64,000 bases of DNA from the IMG/VR virus record IMGVR_UViG_3300025646_005470, one strand, 5' to 3'. Origin of the DNA: a virus. Positions 18,349 through 28,152 of this stretch are shown in pieces (the first letter of the stretch is position 1; the number at the start of each line of letters is the position of its first letter). Both the position numbers and the translations under genes were made by a program. The notes beneath the pieces were generated by a model that made no database searches, was not told where the DNA came from, and was given only the letters and a program-made list of their open reading frames with translations.

Positions 18349-20019
18349 CTAAACTATAGTTCCATAGTCTACTAAAATTGTATCACCGTCTGTGATTAAT
18401 CCATAATTGTATGTAGCACTTGATGTTTCAGTGATTGACCCGTAATCAGTTTCATCTGCTGTAGCTAATTCGTGTCCTAGTGTAACCCAAGATGATCCAT
18501 TATATCCTTCAAAACGATCTATTGTTGAGTTAAATCTAAACATACCAACCACTGGCGTATCAGGTCTTTGTGCTGTTGTACCAACTGGCAATACTATTGC
18601 TCCGGTACTGTTAAATCTTGCATTACCTGATACATCAAACTTGTAACTTGGTGACGTTGTACCAATACCTACTCGATTGTTTGTTGAATCAACATAAAGT
18701 GTATCTGTGTCAATTGTGAGTCCATCAGCAACTAAAGTACCTGTGACTGTTGCACCTGTGGATGTGGTTTCTAATTTTTTAGAATTATCATAGTACAATT
18801 CAACTGTACCATTTTTTAATGCTCTAATATAAGTTTCAGTACCAGTAGCACTACCAAAGTGTAAGGTATTTTCAGCAAGGATTTTTAATTGTCCTGTGCC
18901 TACATCTTCAATAATAGATTGACTACCGTCATGATAAATTGCTAAATCATTACTTGTACCAAACTGTGCTTTGTCATTATCACCAAAGTTAATATCATTT
19001 CCATTAGTGTCTAGGTTTCCGCCTAATTGTGGTGAAGTGTCTCCCACTATGTCTATGGTGTCTGTGCTTCCTTCATCTGAACCATCTGAATTTTTTCTTG
19101 ACTGTTTGAGTTTTCCTGATGAAGCATCTCTTTCTAATTTCATTATTTTGCCATTTGAATCTACCAATTCAATAGAGCTGGCTCTAAGTGTTTTTCTATT
19201 GCCATCACCGTCTTTGATGTCTAGGTTGTTGCTACCATCGTTTGAAATTTTAGCACCACCTAAATCAATTGTGGTACCTGCTAGATAGATATCTCTGAAT
19301 CTGTTTGATGATGTACCCAAGTCATATGTGACGTTGGCACTTGGTGTCAAGTGTCCTGAAATTGTTGTGGCACCTAGTGTTTTGTTTGTGAGTGTATCTG
19401 TTGAACTTGCTGTTATATAACTTGTTAGATCACTTGTTAATGCAACAGTGCCAGTTGCATCTGGTAATGTGATAGTTCTGTCTGCTGTTGGATCTGTGAC
19501 TGTTAGAGTGGTTTCAAAATCGTCTGCTGTAACGCCTTCAAACACAAATGCATTTTGTACATTAACTTCTGTTGAATTAACAGTTGTGGTTGTGCCTTGA
19601 ACTGTCAAGTTACCGCTTACAATTAGATTGTTGTCAATAGTAACATCTTGATTTGCTGAGTCAATACTTAGACCACTGCCATTTTCTCCGTTTGCACGTA
19701 GATATAAATTGTTGGTACCGTAAATTCTAAAATTATCACTGCCATCGTTGTCAAACGCACCAACGTTGGTCATTCTCAAACCTGAGCCTGATTGTGCAAT
19801 TCTCAGAGTGTCGCTCACTAGTACACTGTTACCAGAAGCATTAAATGTTATTGCTCCTGTAAATGTCTGTGTTGATTCTAGTAAAGCCGCTGTGCCAGAT
19901 TCATTTGGTATTGTAAGTGTGGTTTCGCTGGTGTTATCTGCTGGTGAAAGAACTACACCTTTTTTACCAATTTTAAATGAGGGATTAGTTGTCCCTTTGA
20001 TATTGTATGTTACTGCCAT
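18349..20019 (-). CDS. tail fibre / virion structural protein
   Basis: 556 aa Thr/Ser/Gly-rich; TLTNKT, YDLGTSSNRFRDIY, DTSPQLGGNLDTNG, RVGIGTTSP, GMFRFNSTIDRFEGYNGSSW motifs. Confidence 0.8.
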   Translation of the reverse strand: MAVTYNIKGTTNPSFKIGKKGVVLSPADNTSETTLTIPNESGTAALLESTQTFTGAITFNASGNSVLVSDTLRIAQSGSGLRMTNVGAFDNDGSDNFRIYGTNNLYLRANGENGSGLSIDSANQDVTIDNNLIVSGNLTVQGTTTTVNSTEVNVQNAFVFEGVTADDFETTLTVTDPTADRTITLPDATGTVALTSDLTSYITASSTDTLTNKTLGATTISGHLTPSANVTYDLGTSSNRFRDIYLAGTTIDLGGAKISNDGSNNLDIKDGDGNRKTLRASSIELVDSNGKIMKLERDASSGKLKQSRKNSDGSDEGSTDTIDIVGDTSPQLGGNLDTNGNDINFGDNDKAQFGTSNDLAIYHDGSQSIIEDVGTGQLKILAENTLHFGSATGTETYIRALKNGTVELYYDNSKKLETTSTGATVTGTLVADGLTIDTDTLYVDSTNNRVGIGTTSPSYKFDVSGNARFNSTGAIVLPVGTTAQRPDTPVVGMFRFNSTIDRFEGYNGSSWVTLGHELATADETDYGSITETSSATYNYGLITDGDTILVDYGTIV

Positions 20020-20149
20020 TGCGTCTCCATGTCAGCCCTTCTTTTCCACTAGTGGACTGTCCGGGCTAGTGCCCAAGTCATAGAAATATATGTACTTTAA
20101 GTTATTTATCTATAGAGTTTATTTTTAAGGGGTTTATAATTTTTGTATT

Positions 20150-20386
20150 TTATAAACCAAGATGATAACGCAATTGCCAGCGTTCTAACATCAATTTATC
20201 TATTTTTTCTTGTATATCATAGCCAGATTGGTGTGCTAGTTCTTGTATCTCTAGTTCTACTTCTGCTAGTCTTTGCTGTTTAGGATTCTTTGTTTGTCTA
20301 GGTGGTTGTTGCTCATAGTGATCTACACTATTGTTAGGTTTCGTTTTTACATTACGTTTTTGTATATTTTTACGTCTATATATCAT
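20150..20386 (-). CDS. hypothetical protein
   Basis: 78 aa ORF directly after tRNA-Asn. Confidence 0.5.
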   Translation of the reverse strand: MIYRRKNIQKRNVKTKPNNSVDHYEQQPPRQTKNPKQQRLAEVELEIQELAHQSGYDIQEKIDKLMLERWQLRYHLGL

Positions 20387-20392
20387 AATTTG

Positions 20393-20468
20393 TGGCTCCG
20401 CAGGCAGGACTCGAACCTGCGACCAATTGATTAACAGTCAACTGCTCTACCAACTGAGCTACTGCGGA
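20393..20468 (-). tRNA. tRNA-Asn(GTT)
   Basis: 76 nt TCCGCAG...CTGCGGAGCCA, loop CTGTTAA. Confidence 0.95.
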
Positions 20469-20713
20469 ATAATGTGAGCTTGAACTGTGTTTGTTTCTTC
20501 GTCATACAACACGTCAATTAATCTTCCTGTTCTACGACTTACAATAAATGGCATCATTTTATGTTGATTATTTTCATAAACCACATCAACATCACAATAG
20601 TATAGATTATCCATTCCTTGTTTTATAAGTTCATCTTCAACGCATTCTCTACAACGTCTTTGACGAATTAACAGTGTAATATCAATAATATCTAGATTAT
20701 TTTCGTGTGCCAT
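20459..20713 (-). CDS. hypothetical protein
   Basis: Probable start MAHENN (track start 20746); last codons and stop lie inside tRNA-Asn. Confidence 0.45.
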   Translation of the reverse strand: MAHENNLDIIDITLLIRQRRCRECVEDELIKQGMDNLYYCDVDVVYENNQHKMMPFIVSRRTGRLIDVLYDEETNTVQAHIIPQ

Positions 20714-20752
20714 AATAACTGTACTTTGTACAGTATTATTTAGCAAAAAAAA

Positions 20753-21688
20753 TTAAGAAAACAAACTACTAACTGATTCCTCGTTGCTTACACGTCTTAT
20801 TGCTTCACCAATAAGTTTATCTACAGATACTTGTCTAATTTTTGTAATCTCATCTTCACAATGATAAAAAATAGAATCAGTAATTATTACTTCATCTAAT
20901 TTACTATCTTGAATTCTTTTACATGCATTTCCTGTTAAAACTCCATGTGTAATATAAGCACGAACACTTAATGCACCTTTTTCTAAAAGTATGTCAGCGG
21001 CGTTACAAAGTGTGCCGCCCGAATCTACCATATCATCAACTAATATTGCGTGTTTATCTTTTACATTACCAATAACATGCATGGCTTCGCTCTCTCCAGG
21101 TCTTGATCTTCTTTTGTCAACAATAGCAATCATACCACTAAATGCATCTGCAAATTTTCTTGCACGAACAACTCCTCCTGCATCTGGTGATACAAAAACA
21201 GTTTTTGTTGCTTCTGACTTTAATTTCTTTTTTATATCTTTGGTAAAAATAACTCGTGATGTTAAATCATCAACAGGAATATCAAAGAAGCCTTGAATTT
21301 GTCCTGCGTGTAAATCCATTGTTAAAATTCTATCTGCACCAGCAGTTGTTAAAAGGTTGGCTACTAGTTTTGCAGTAATTGGTGTACGACTTGCACTCTT
21401 TCTATCTTGTCTTGCATAACCAAAATAAGGAATAACTGCTGTGATTCTTTTTGCTGATGATCTTTTTAATGTATCAATAATAACCAAAAGTTCCATTAGA
21501 TTATCATTAACAGGTGAACTAGTTGATTGTATTACAAAACAATCTTCACCTCTTACATTTTCTAAAAGTTCTACACTACACTCACTATCTGCAAATCTTC
21601 CTATTTTTGCTGGTACTACTTTGGTAAAACAGTGTTCAGCAATTGATTCAGCCAAATCTAAATTTGACTGTCCAGCAATTATTTTCAT
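20753..21688 (-). CDS. prs: ribose-phosphate pyrophosphokinase
   Basis: [40 protein letters not shown]. Confidence 0.96.
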   Translation of the reverse strand: MKIIAGQSNLDLAESIAEHCFTKVVPAKIGRFADSECSVELLENVRGEDCFVIQSTSSPVNDNLMELLVIIDTLKRSSAKRITAVIPYFGYARQDRKSASRTPITAKLVANLLTTAGADRILTMDLHAGQIQGFFDIPVDDLTSRVIFTKDIKKKLKSEATKTVFVSPDAGGVVRARKFADAFSGMIAIVDKRRSRPGESEAMHVIGNVKDKHAILVDDMVDSGGTLCNAADILLEKGALSVRAYITHGVLTGNACKRIQDSKLDEVIITDSIFYHCEDEITKIRQVSVDKLIGEAIRRVSNEESVSSLFS

Positions 21689-21699
21689 TCGTCCTCCTA

Positions 21700-22752
21700 T
21701 TATTTTACTGTGTAACGTTCATAAACTCTGTTTATATTATTATACACTGTTACGAAACTTGCACATTTGGGCATGTCTTTTAAACGTCTAGCACCTATAT
21801 AGGTACAAGCACTTCTTACTCCGCCGAGAATGTCTTCTACAGTTGGTTCAACAGGACCACGATATGGTAGTTGAATAAATCTACCTTCGTTACCTCTATA
21901 TCCATCTTTTCTTTTGCCATGCACTTCTCTTGCACGGTCTGAACTCATTCCATAAAATTCTACTTTGCCATCTACCACTGGTTTTTCTGATTCATCATGA
22001 CCTGCCAACATACCACCAATCATCACCATGTGAGCTCCACCACCAAATGCTTTGGCAATATCTCCTGGATACACACAGCCACCGTCTGCCATTATGTGTC
22101 CATCAACACCATTGGCCGCATCAGCACAATCAAGAATAGCACTAAATTGTGGTACACCTACACCAGTCATTGTTCTTGTGGTGCACACTGACCCAGGACC
22201 AATACCAATCTTAACAACATCAGCACCGTTGATAATAAGTTCTTCTGTCATTTCAGGTGTAACAACATTACCAGCAATGATCACTTTATCTGGATATTCA
22301 TCTCTCACACGTTTGATAAAGTCCACAAAGTTTTCATGATATGCATTTGCTACATCCACCGTGATAAATTTAATGTCTGGAAATGACTGTAAAATCTCTT
22401 GCATGTATTTGTAATCCTGTGCATCTTCATCCCACATTTTGTTTGTACCTGTACATACACTTACACTTTGCAATCTTACACCGTTGCCTACTGCTTTTCT
22501 CCATTCATCAGGTGTGGTTGACTTGGTGATCACTGTCATCATTTTGTGTTCTTGTAGAACTTTGGCCATTGAGAATGTGCCAACACCATCCATGTTGGAA
22601 GCAAAGATTGGTAAAAAGTTTACCACTTTGCCAGAATTTTTAAATGTAAACTTTCTTGTCATATCAACATCTTTACGACTTGACAGTGTAGAACGTTTTG
22701 GTTCTAGCAGTACATCATCAAAATTTAGTTTTGGTTGTATGTTAATACGCAT
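21700..22752 (-). CDS. guaC: GMP reductase
   Basis: [55 protein letters not shown]. Confidence 0.95.
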   Translation of the reverse strand: MRINIQPKLNFDDVLLEPKRSTLSSRKDVDMTRKFTFKNSGKVVNFLPIFASNMDGVGTFSMAKVLQEHKMMTVITKSTTPDEWRKAVGNGVRLQSVSVCTGTNKMWDEDAQDYKYMQEILQSFPDIKFITVDVANAYHENFVDFIKRVRDEYPDKVIIAGNVVTPEMTEELIINGADVVKIGIGPGSVCTTRTMTGVGVPQFSAILDCADAANGVDGHIMADGGCVYPGDIAKAFGGGAHMVMIGGMLAGHDESEKPVVDGKVEFYGMSSDRAREVHGKRKDGYRGNEGRFIQLPYRGPVEPTVEDILGGVRSACTYIGARRLKDMPKCASFVTVYNNINRVYERYTVK

Positions 22753-22756
22753 TGTT

Positions 22757-22852
22757 TTATCCTTTTAGTTTGTTTAATATCTGAGGTCCTAGTAGTTTGT
22801 CTACAAAAAGCTCATAGGTTTGACTAGTTCCTAAACATACAATCTTTTTCAT
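22757..22852 (-). pseudogene. truncated N-terminal remnant of an SGNH-type hydrolase gene
   Basis: 31 aa MKKIVCLGTSQTY..., like the start of 62305-63198 (MKNFVAIGTSN). Confidence 0.45.
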
Positions 22853-22883
22853 AATTTAATAATACAATAATTTAAATTAAAAA

Positions 22884-23165
22884 TCAAGAACATTCTCGCC
22901 ACAGTCTCCATTTTGGATTACGTGGCACCCATGATTCAGGAATAGGAAAATGCCAATCTTTTTCTTGTGTTTTTTCCCATATAGACTCTACCATTTCTTC
23001 TAGTGAATGCTCTAGAGGATTTTCTTCGCCTTCTTGCTTGGACATTTTTTCTACACGATCTAAAAACTCTTGAACTTGATCATGTACTCGCTCTTTGTTG
23101 TATTCTCGCAGTCGTTGATAGTCATAGTACTCTTTTAGTTTTTCATAATCTTCTTTGGTGATCAT
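22884..23165 (-). CDS. hypothetical protein
   Basis: 93 aa, coupled to upstream gene. Confidence 0.6.
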   Translation of the reverse strand: MITKEDYEKLKEYYDYQRLREYNKERVHDQVQEFLDRVEKMSKQEGEENPLEHSLEEMVESIWEKTQEKDWHFPIPESWVPRNPKWRLWRECS

Positions 23166-23395
23166 TATTTTATGACTTTAACTTCTGATTCTGTTTCTAT
23201 AACTACACGAGCACCGCAACTAAGCAAAGGCTTAGTATTACCACCATAGACCACACGGGACGGACCGTTAATAGCCACTTCATGGCAATAAGTGTTCTTA
23301 CTACCTTGCTTAATCGTAATAACTGGATCATTTCTTTCATGTTTTAGATTACCTCTTATTTTATGTTGATTAACGTGAATATATGTTTTTACCAT
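23165..23395 (-). CDS. conserved-looking hypothetical phage protein
   Basis: IHVNQHKIR...PVITIK...LSCGARVVIET. Confidence 0.65.
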   Translation of the reverse strand: MVKTYIHVNQHKIRGNLKHERNDPVITIKQGSKNTYCHEVAINGPSRVVYGGNTKPLLSCGARVVIETESEVKVIK

Positions 23396-23652
23396 TTTAC
23401 ATCTTTTTTAAACTTGTCAATTGCTTCGTAGAAAGGTGTTTCTAATCCAAACTGTTTGGATATGGCCGCATGAATAAATTTAAATGCCAAAGCAAGATCT
23501 TTTTGAAAATCAGGATCATCAATAGGAAAGTCATTTGCATGAAGTGAATGTAGCAAAGACTCTACTCCGCCTTTGGTTATGTGTTCTGCTGATTGTATTT
23601 GTTTTATCTTTTTCTTTTGACGATGCTTTTTAATATCTATAATATTAGTCAT
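23389..23652 (-). CDS. hypothetical protein
   Basis: 87 aa, MTNIIDIKKH. Confidence 0.6.
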   Translation of the reverse strand: MTNIIDIKKHRQKKKIKQIQSAEHITKGGVESLLHSLHANDFPIDDPDFQKDLALAFKFIHAAISKQFGLETPFYEAIDKFKKDVKW

Positions 23653-23818
23653 TTACTTTCCATTTCTCTACTTCTTTGATTGAGTGTGCTAGTTCTCTAA
23701 TCTGTTCTTCTAATTCTTGTATCAGTGTATTGCTTACTGCATACTCTAGTTTTTCTTCTAGTTCTTGCTTTTCTTCACGCAGTGCTTCTAGTTTGTTTTG
23801 TATGTATTTTGCGTCCAT
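23645..23818 (-). CDS. small coiled-coil protein (57 aa, not in ORF track)
   Basis: Hand translation MDAKYIQNKLEALREEKQELEEKLE...; AGGAG SD. Confidence 0.6.
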   Translation of the reverse strand: MDAKYIQNKLEALREEKQELEEKLEYAVSNTLIQELEEQIRELAHSIKEVEKWKVND

Positions 23819-23831
23819 GTTTTCTCCTAGT

Positions 23832-24308
23832 TTATAAATTTAACTGCCAATAGTTATAGTTTAGATATCCTGCAAAAGATACCCATAATAGATATGGCAC
23901 CATTAGCCAACTTGCCCAACGATCCACTGACCAAGAAACAATGATGTATATCAACGTACTAGTCCACATTCCTATAATATAGTAAAATGCTAGTTCTAGA
24001 TTTTGTGCTCCAATAAAAACTGGAGTCCATATCACATTGATTGCCATCTGTAGACTCCAAAAAGACATGGTAACAGGTTTCAGTGTGTTTGGCATTGAAA
24101 ACATTATTCTATAAGCACTGGTGGCAATTAAAATGTACAACACTGTCCACACAGGACCAAAAATCCAAGCGGGTGGTTGTAGCTCTGGTTGAATCAATGA
24201 TGTGTACCATTCATTGTCCTGACCAAAATTAAACACAGCACCAGCACTACTGGCCACTACTGTACACAGATAAAACACTATCCATGTTGTGATTTTATTA
24301 ATTTTCAT
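23832..24308 (-). CDS. tspO: TspO/MBR tryptophan-rich sensory protein
   Basis: WYTSL..P..QPPAWIFGPVWTVLY; PYLLWVSFA; start set at MKINK. Confidence 0.9.
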   Translation of the reverse strand: MKINKITTWIVFYLCTVVASSAGAVFNFGQDNEWYTSLIQPELQPPAWIFGPVWTVLYILIATSAYRIMFSMPNTLKPVTMSFWSLQMAINVIWTPVFIGAQNLELAFYYIIGMWTSTLIYIIVSWSVDRWASWLMVPYLLWVSFAGYLNYNYWQLNL

Positions 24309-24309
24309 T

Positions 24310-24420
24310 CTATTTAAAAAATGCAATGTAAATCAGCAATCCAATTATCAAAAGTTTTCCGTAGTCAAGGTCAAAATCTGTACCTTCACCAAACTTCTTT
24401 TTAAGTTCACTTAGTTTCAT
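24310..24420 (-). CDS. 36 aa membrane peptide (not in ORF track)
   Basis: MKLSELKKKFGEGTDFDLDYGKLLIIGLLIYIAFFK; GGAGG SD. Confidence 0.55.
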   Translation of the reverse strand: MKLSELKKKFGEGTDFDLDYGKLLIIGLLIYIAFFK

Positions 24421-24961
24421 TGTTTTCCTCCTGTGGTTTCCAATCTTCTATGTAAATTTTATCATAATGGTCTTTGTCTATGACATCAAATTTAAAAGGA
24501 CCATCTATGATCAACTGTTCATCTTCTATCTGCCATTTTTCGTTCCAATCATATAACCAACCCATACCTGATCTGCCGTCTGGGTCTTCTGGGTCGCCAT
24601 TTTCCCAAGTTTCTTCAAACTGTTGTTTTTCTTCATCTGTCCATGGACCTTCATAATCAAACCAAACACTGCACAAGTCATCTAGTTCAGCACCGTGTCC
24701 AATTTGGCTATCACAATAAATAGGATCAACTTTCCAATTATAATCATAGTTCATGTCATCACCTTCTTTATAGCCGTAGCCCCAACGATAGGTTTCATTG
24801 ATTTCCACAAACTTTTGATTTGGATCATTTGGTATGTCATACAGTTGAACCATCTGTGTTATGCTTTTTTTATGTAAAGGTGTTATTCTTACCACTACTT
24901 CATCTGTGGTGAATCCATGTTTGAGTTTGTCAAACACCTGTTGCATGTGATCTGTAGTCAT
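24407..24961 (-). CDS. acidic hypothetical protein
   Basis: Start set at MTTDHM next to the upstream stop; Trp/Asp-rich. Confidence 0.6.
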   Translation of the reverse strand: MTTDHMQQVFDKLKHGFTTDEVVVRITPLHKKSITQMVQLYDIPNDPNQKFVEINETYRWGYGYKEGDDMNYDYNWKVDPIYCDSQIGHGAELDDLCSVWFDYEGPWTDEEKQQFEETWENGDPEDPDGRSGMGWLYDWNEKWQIEDEQLIIDGPFKFDVIDKDHYDKIYIEDWKPQEENNETK

Positions 24962-24962
24962 A

Positions 24963-25337
24963 TTATTCGTGTTCTCCACCTGGATCGTTTGCTGGTAATT
25001 GTACTTTGTAAGGATTACCATGCTTGTCTCTGTAAAAAACATAGTCCCTTGCTCTACCATAACTATGGTATGATCCAAAGTTGTACTTGTTGTTTTTTAT
25101 GTTATGAAATTGTTTGAATGTGTAATAAGCGGCAAATATAATTGCTATATGCCCTACTACTAGTCCGGTCCAAATACTTGCATACAGTTGTCCCCAAATA
25201 TACAACGTAAATGCTGTTGACCATATAAATGACAATACTGTCAATAACTGCAACCTTACTGTTTTTGGTAATGCACGGAGATCATTCTTTGTGTCATCAA
25301 ACAATATTGTTGCTGTGTTAATCATCCAATTCTTCAC
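24963..25337 (-). CDS. membrane protein
   Basis: Two TM helices; ends DPGGEHE. Confidence 0.6.
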   Translation of the reverse strand: MKNWMINTATILFDDTKNDLRALPKTVRLQLLTVLSFIWSTAFTLYIWGQLYASIWTGLVVGHIAIIFAAYYTFKQFHNIKNNKYNFGSYHSYGRARDYVFYRDKHGNPYKVQLPANDPGGEHE

Positions 25338-25540
25338 TTAACACTCCTTTTGTTTGATTCAATATTGTTTACAAATACCCTAACAAGTCTTGAAACATCA
25401 ACTTCTTCCCTTTGTAGGGTTTTTGGATTGGTAAAGATAACTTTACTTTTGTTTGCTTCAAGTTGTATACCTATATTAGAAGCAACCACAATAGCATCAT
25501 CTGTGTTTTTACGCCAATCATGTGAACTATACTCTGTCAT
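25334..25540 (-). CDS. hypothetical protein
   Basis: 68 aa; GGAG SD; ATGA overlap. Confidence 0.6.
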   Translation of the reverse strand: MTEYSSHDWRKNTDDAIVVASNIGIQLEANKSKVIFTNPKTLQREEVDVSRLVRVFVNNIESNKRSVK

Positions 25541-25554
25541 ATATTACTCCTTTG

Positions 25555-26865
25555 TTATAATTTTTCTCCTGCTTTAAAGCCTCTAAATCTTAAAAATCTA
25601 GGAAACCTTAAACTCCATTCGTTGTCTGCATCTTGGTTTTTGGTTATAGCATCTGCTCTAACTTCTACTATCTGTCCAATAAGTTTATCCTTACTAGCCC
25701 AGAATTCATCTCTGTTGTCATCAGTTAATCCACTACCAACATTAACTTTGATAAACTTTCCATCATCGGTGCCTTCACAAATAAGAGCACCAAGTTTGCC
25801 TGTATTTCTACCTGTGCCTTCTTCTGTTGATACCACTTCTAATGAAACTTCTATAAATGGTTTTGCTTTCAGCATATAATGACTTCGCTTACATTCGTAA
25901 GGTGCATTTCTATCTTTGATCATTATGCCTTCAAAACCTTTTTCAATTGCTGTTGCATTATATTCTTTAAATATTTTTTGACCTTCATCAGTGTCAAAAT
26001 CACATTCTACTTTGTCTACCACAAACATATTGCTATCCGCTTTTGCATCAGCAAGTAGATCTTGTAGTTGTTGATGCCTATCCCAACAGCCTAGTTTTGA
26101 TTTGCCTTGCTTAAACTCTTTTAGAGTTAGTACATCAAACAAAGCGAACTTGGCGTCAGTGGCTTCTACATTGTCTTTTCTATGCACCTGTTTCATCAGG
26201 GCCTGAAAAGAACTAGATACCATTTCACCATCCAGCACCATGGACTCCTCAAATTTACTTGCTAGTGTATCTACAATTTCTTTTTCAATATGAGTAAAGT
26301 TATGAAACTGTTTGCCATTACGTGAATACATGGTAACTGCATCTGTGTCAGCATCATATATTGCAAGTACTCTTACACCATCTAACTTATAGTCTAATAG
26401 TTTTTCACCTACTAGTTTCTTTTCATGGTTAGCACTGTCGTGTGCTAACATACAAGTAAACACAGGAACTGTATAGTCTTTGTTTACTTTTTTAACCACA
26501 TTATTGATTGTTTTTTCTGAAACACCACAACGTAGGTCTTTAATAAGAATACGTCTATACCAATCATTCCATTCACTTTTAGTAGATATGTTCATGTGAA
26601 ATTCAATTAAATCTCTTGCTGTATGACCTGTAGCACTTCTGTTGCTGAGTTTGGTTGCTAGTTCTTTAAATTGTTCCCAACTACAACCAGGACCATCTTT
26701 TTCTGCTTGTGGCACTTGTTTAACACCAAACGAAACAAGCGGATCAAGAGCAAGGCGACAACCTTCAAAGAAAAGATCGTTGTTTGCTTCTGCTTCACGT
26801 TTGATTACATCTTCTTTAAACAATCTTGAATTGTTTGATTCAAGTTCTTGGATTATGCTATACAT
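25555..26865 (-). CDS. ATP-dependent DNA ligase
   Basis: DYKLDGVR (KxDG), VLDGE, EGIMIK, YECKRS, LRFPRF. Confidence 0.95.
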   Translation of the reverse strand: MYSIIQELESNNSRLFKEDVIKREAEANNDLFFEGCRLALDPLVSFGVKQVPQAEKDGPGCSWEQFKELATKLSNRSATGHTARDLIEFHMNISTKSEWNDWYRRILIKDLRCGVSEKTINNVVKKVNKDYTVPVFTCMLAHDSANHEKKLVGEKLLDYKLDGVRVLAIYDADTDAVTMYSRNGKQFHNFTHIEKEIVDTLASKFEESMVLDGEMVSSSFQALMKQVHRKDNVEATDAKFALFDVLTLKEFKQGKSKLGCWDRHQQLQDLLADAKADSNMFVVDKVECDFDTDEGQKIFKEYNATAIEKGFEGIMIKDRNAPYECKRSHYMLKAKPFIEVSLEVVSTEEGTGRNTGKLGALICEGTDDGKFIKVNVGSGLTDDNRDEFWASKDKLIGQIVEVRADAITKNQDADNEWSLRFPRFLRFRGFKAGEKL

Positions 26866-27068
26866 AGTTTTTCTGCTACCTCTCTGCTGTGTTTACATTT
26901 ACCATGATGTGCGAAACCAATACAGTTACACACAAAACCTTGTTCTGTCATTTCAACACCATAGGTATTGCCTGTTGATCCTTGCACGGGCCATTCAATA
27001 CCAATTAGATGATTATTTTTAAAGTTAATCTCTTTTGGTGCGTAGTATCTTAATTTAAATTTCTTCAT
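26853..27068 (-). CDS. SWIM zinc-finger protein
   Basis: TYGV...FVCNCIGF...CKH. Confidence 0.75.
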   Translation of the reverse strand: MKKFKLRYYAPKEINFKNNHLIGIEWPVQGSTGNTYGVEMTEQGFVCNCIGFAHHGKCKHSREVAEKLCIA

Positions 27069-27312
27069 TGCTTTTTAAAGGTGTCATAAATTTTGGACAA
27101 CCATCATCTGTACAATATTCTGGATTAGGTTCACATGTTGCTTCTGTGTAAAAATAAACACCAGGTAAACTTACATCAATTGAGTTAAACTTTTGTTCTT
27201 CAACGATGCATTGCTCATATGTTTCATATGATGCTGTAAAAGAAAACTCTTTAGACTCTAGTGTATCTGTTGGAGTAATAACGAACCAAATTGTTAAGAA
27301 CCATTCTGCCAT
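27055..27312 (-). CDS. hypothetical protein
   Basis: 85 aa, hydrophobic N-terminus, four Cys. Confidence 0.55.
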   Translation of the reverse strand: MAEWFLTIWFVITPTDTLESKEFSFTASYETYEQCIVEEQKFNSIDVSLPGVYFYTEATCEPNPEYCTDDGCPKFMTPLKSNEEI

Positions 27313-28007
27313 TATATTTTTCTCACTTTTAATACTTTAATTCTATTGACAATAGTTTCTTTACCACCATTATATTTGTTGATCTGATGATCTTTAACAT
27401 AAGCACTAATCTGTAGACCAACTCCTTCAACAATACCATCATCTTCTGGATTGTTTGGTGTAAAATATTTTAGAATATTGTTACCTTGCATAAAACTCAC
27501 AATGTATAAACTTTTTTGTGGCAAAGGTTTTACCATTTCAACTATCACATCAAATACGTTTCGTTTTTTAACATCACCTATAAACGAACTTTTTACGGCC
27601 ATAGATTCTTCTTTGGCTTTTCTTGCTTCTTTGTCTATGGTTGTTTTGTATGTGTGTGGTAATGATGCAAGAATTCCCATGTCTCTTGCTTTTACAGTGT
27701 CTTGAGCAATACAGGCCAATACTGCTTCTTGGAAACCACTTTGAGTATCACCTAATTTAAACAACAATAGCCCTTGATAGTGATCAATAATTTCTTCAGC
27801 AACTGCTAGATCTTTTTTAGCATACACAGGCTGTTGCTTGGCTAGTTCTTCAATAACCAAAGTTTTATTGGATTTTCTTTCATTGTAATCTGCTTCAGTG
27901 GTTCTTGTGTAACCATTTTTACGATAGATTGCATTAGCCACTGCAAGTGCTGTTTTTGTGTTGTATTCTGCTTGTTGTTTCATTTTCTGTGCCTTTATGT
28001 TATTCAT
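27312..28007 (-). CDS. hypothetical protein, possible C-terminal OB-like domain
   Basis: 231 aa; ATG 6 nt after TTGACA-16-TATATT (28014-28041). Confidence 0.6.
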   Translation of the reverse strand: MNNIKAQKMKQQAEYNTKTALAVANAIYRKNGYTRTTEADYNERKSNKTLVIEELAKQQPVYAKKDLAVAEEIIDHYQGLLLFKLGDTQSGFQEAVLACIAQDTVKARDMGILASLPHTYKTTIDKEARKAKEESMAVKSSFIGDVKKRNVFDVIVEMVKPLPQKSLYIVSFMQGNNILKYFTPNNPEDDGIVEGVGLQISAYVKDHQINKYNGGKETIVNRIKVLKVRKI

Positions 28008-28152
28008 ATTATTAATATAACACAGAATAGAGTTCTGTCAACCAGAAAAATACATAAAAAAATGTAGTAAAATCAATGATTTAATGAAATAAAAGAGACT
28101 AAATCTGCCTTTTTCTGCTATGTTTATTTACAGATTTGCCAAAAAATATTAA

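Noticed and set aside
20753-21688. NARP1 anti-defence pathway
   Set aside because: Prs reads as a canonical host-like enzyme and no Namat/Nampt partner is adjacent.
24407-25078. Long N-terminal extensions in several track ORFs (also 2839, 4850, 15786, 44739, 54387, 60216)
   Set aside because: They overlap upstream genes, promoters or terminators; internal ATGs fit coupling or SD signals better.
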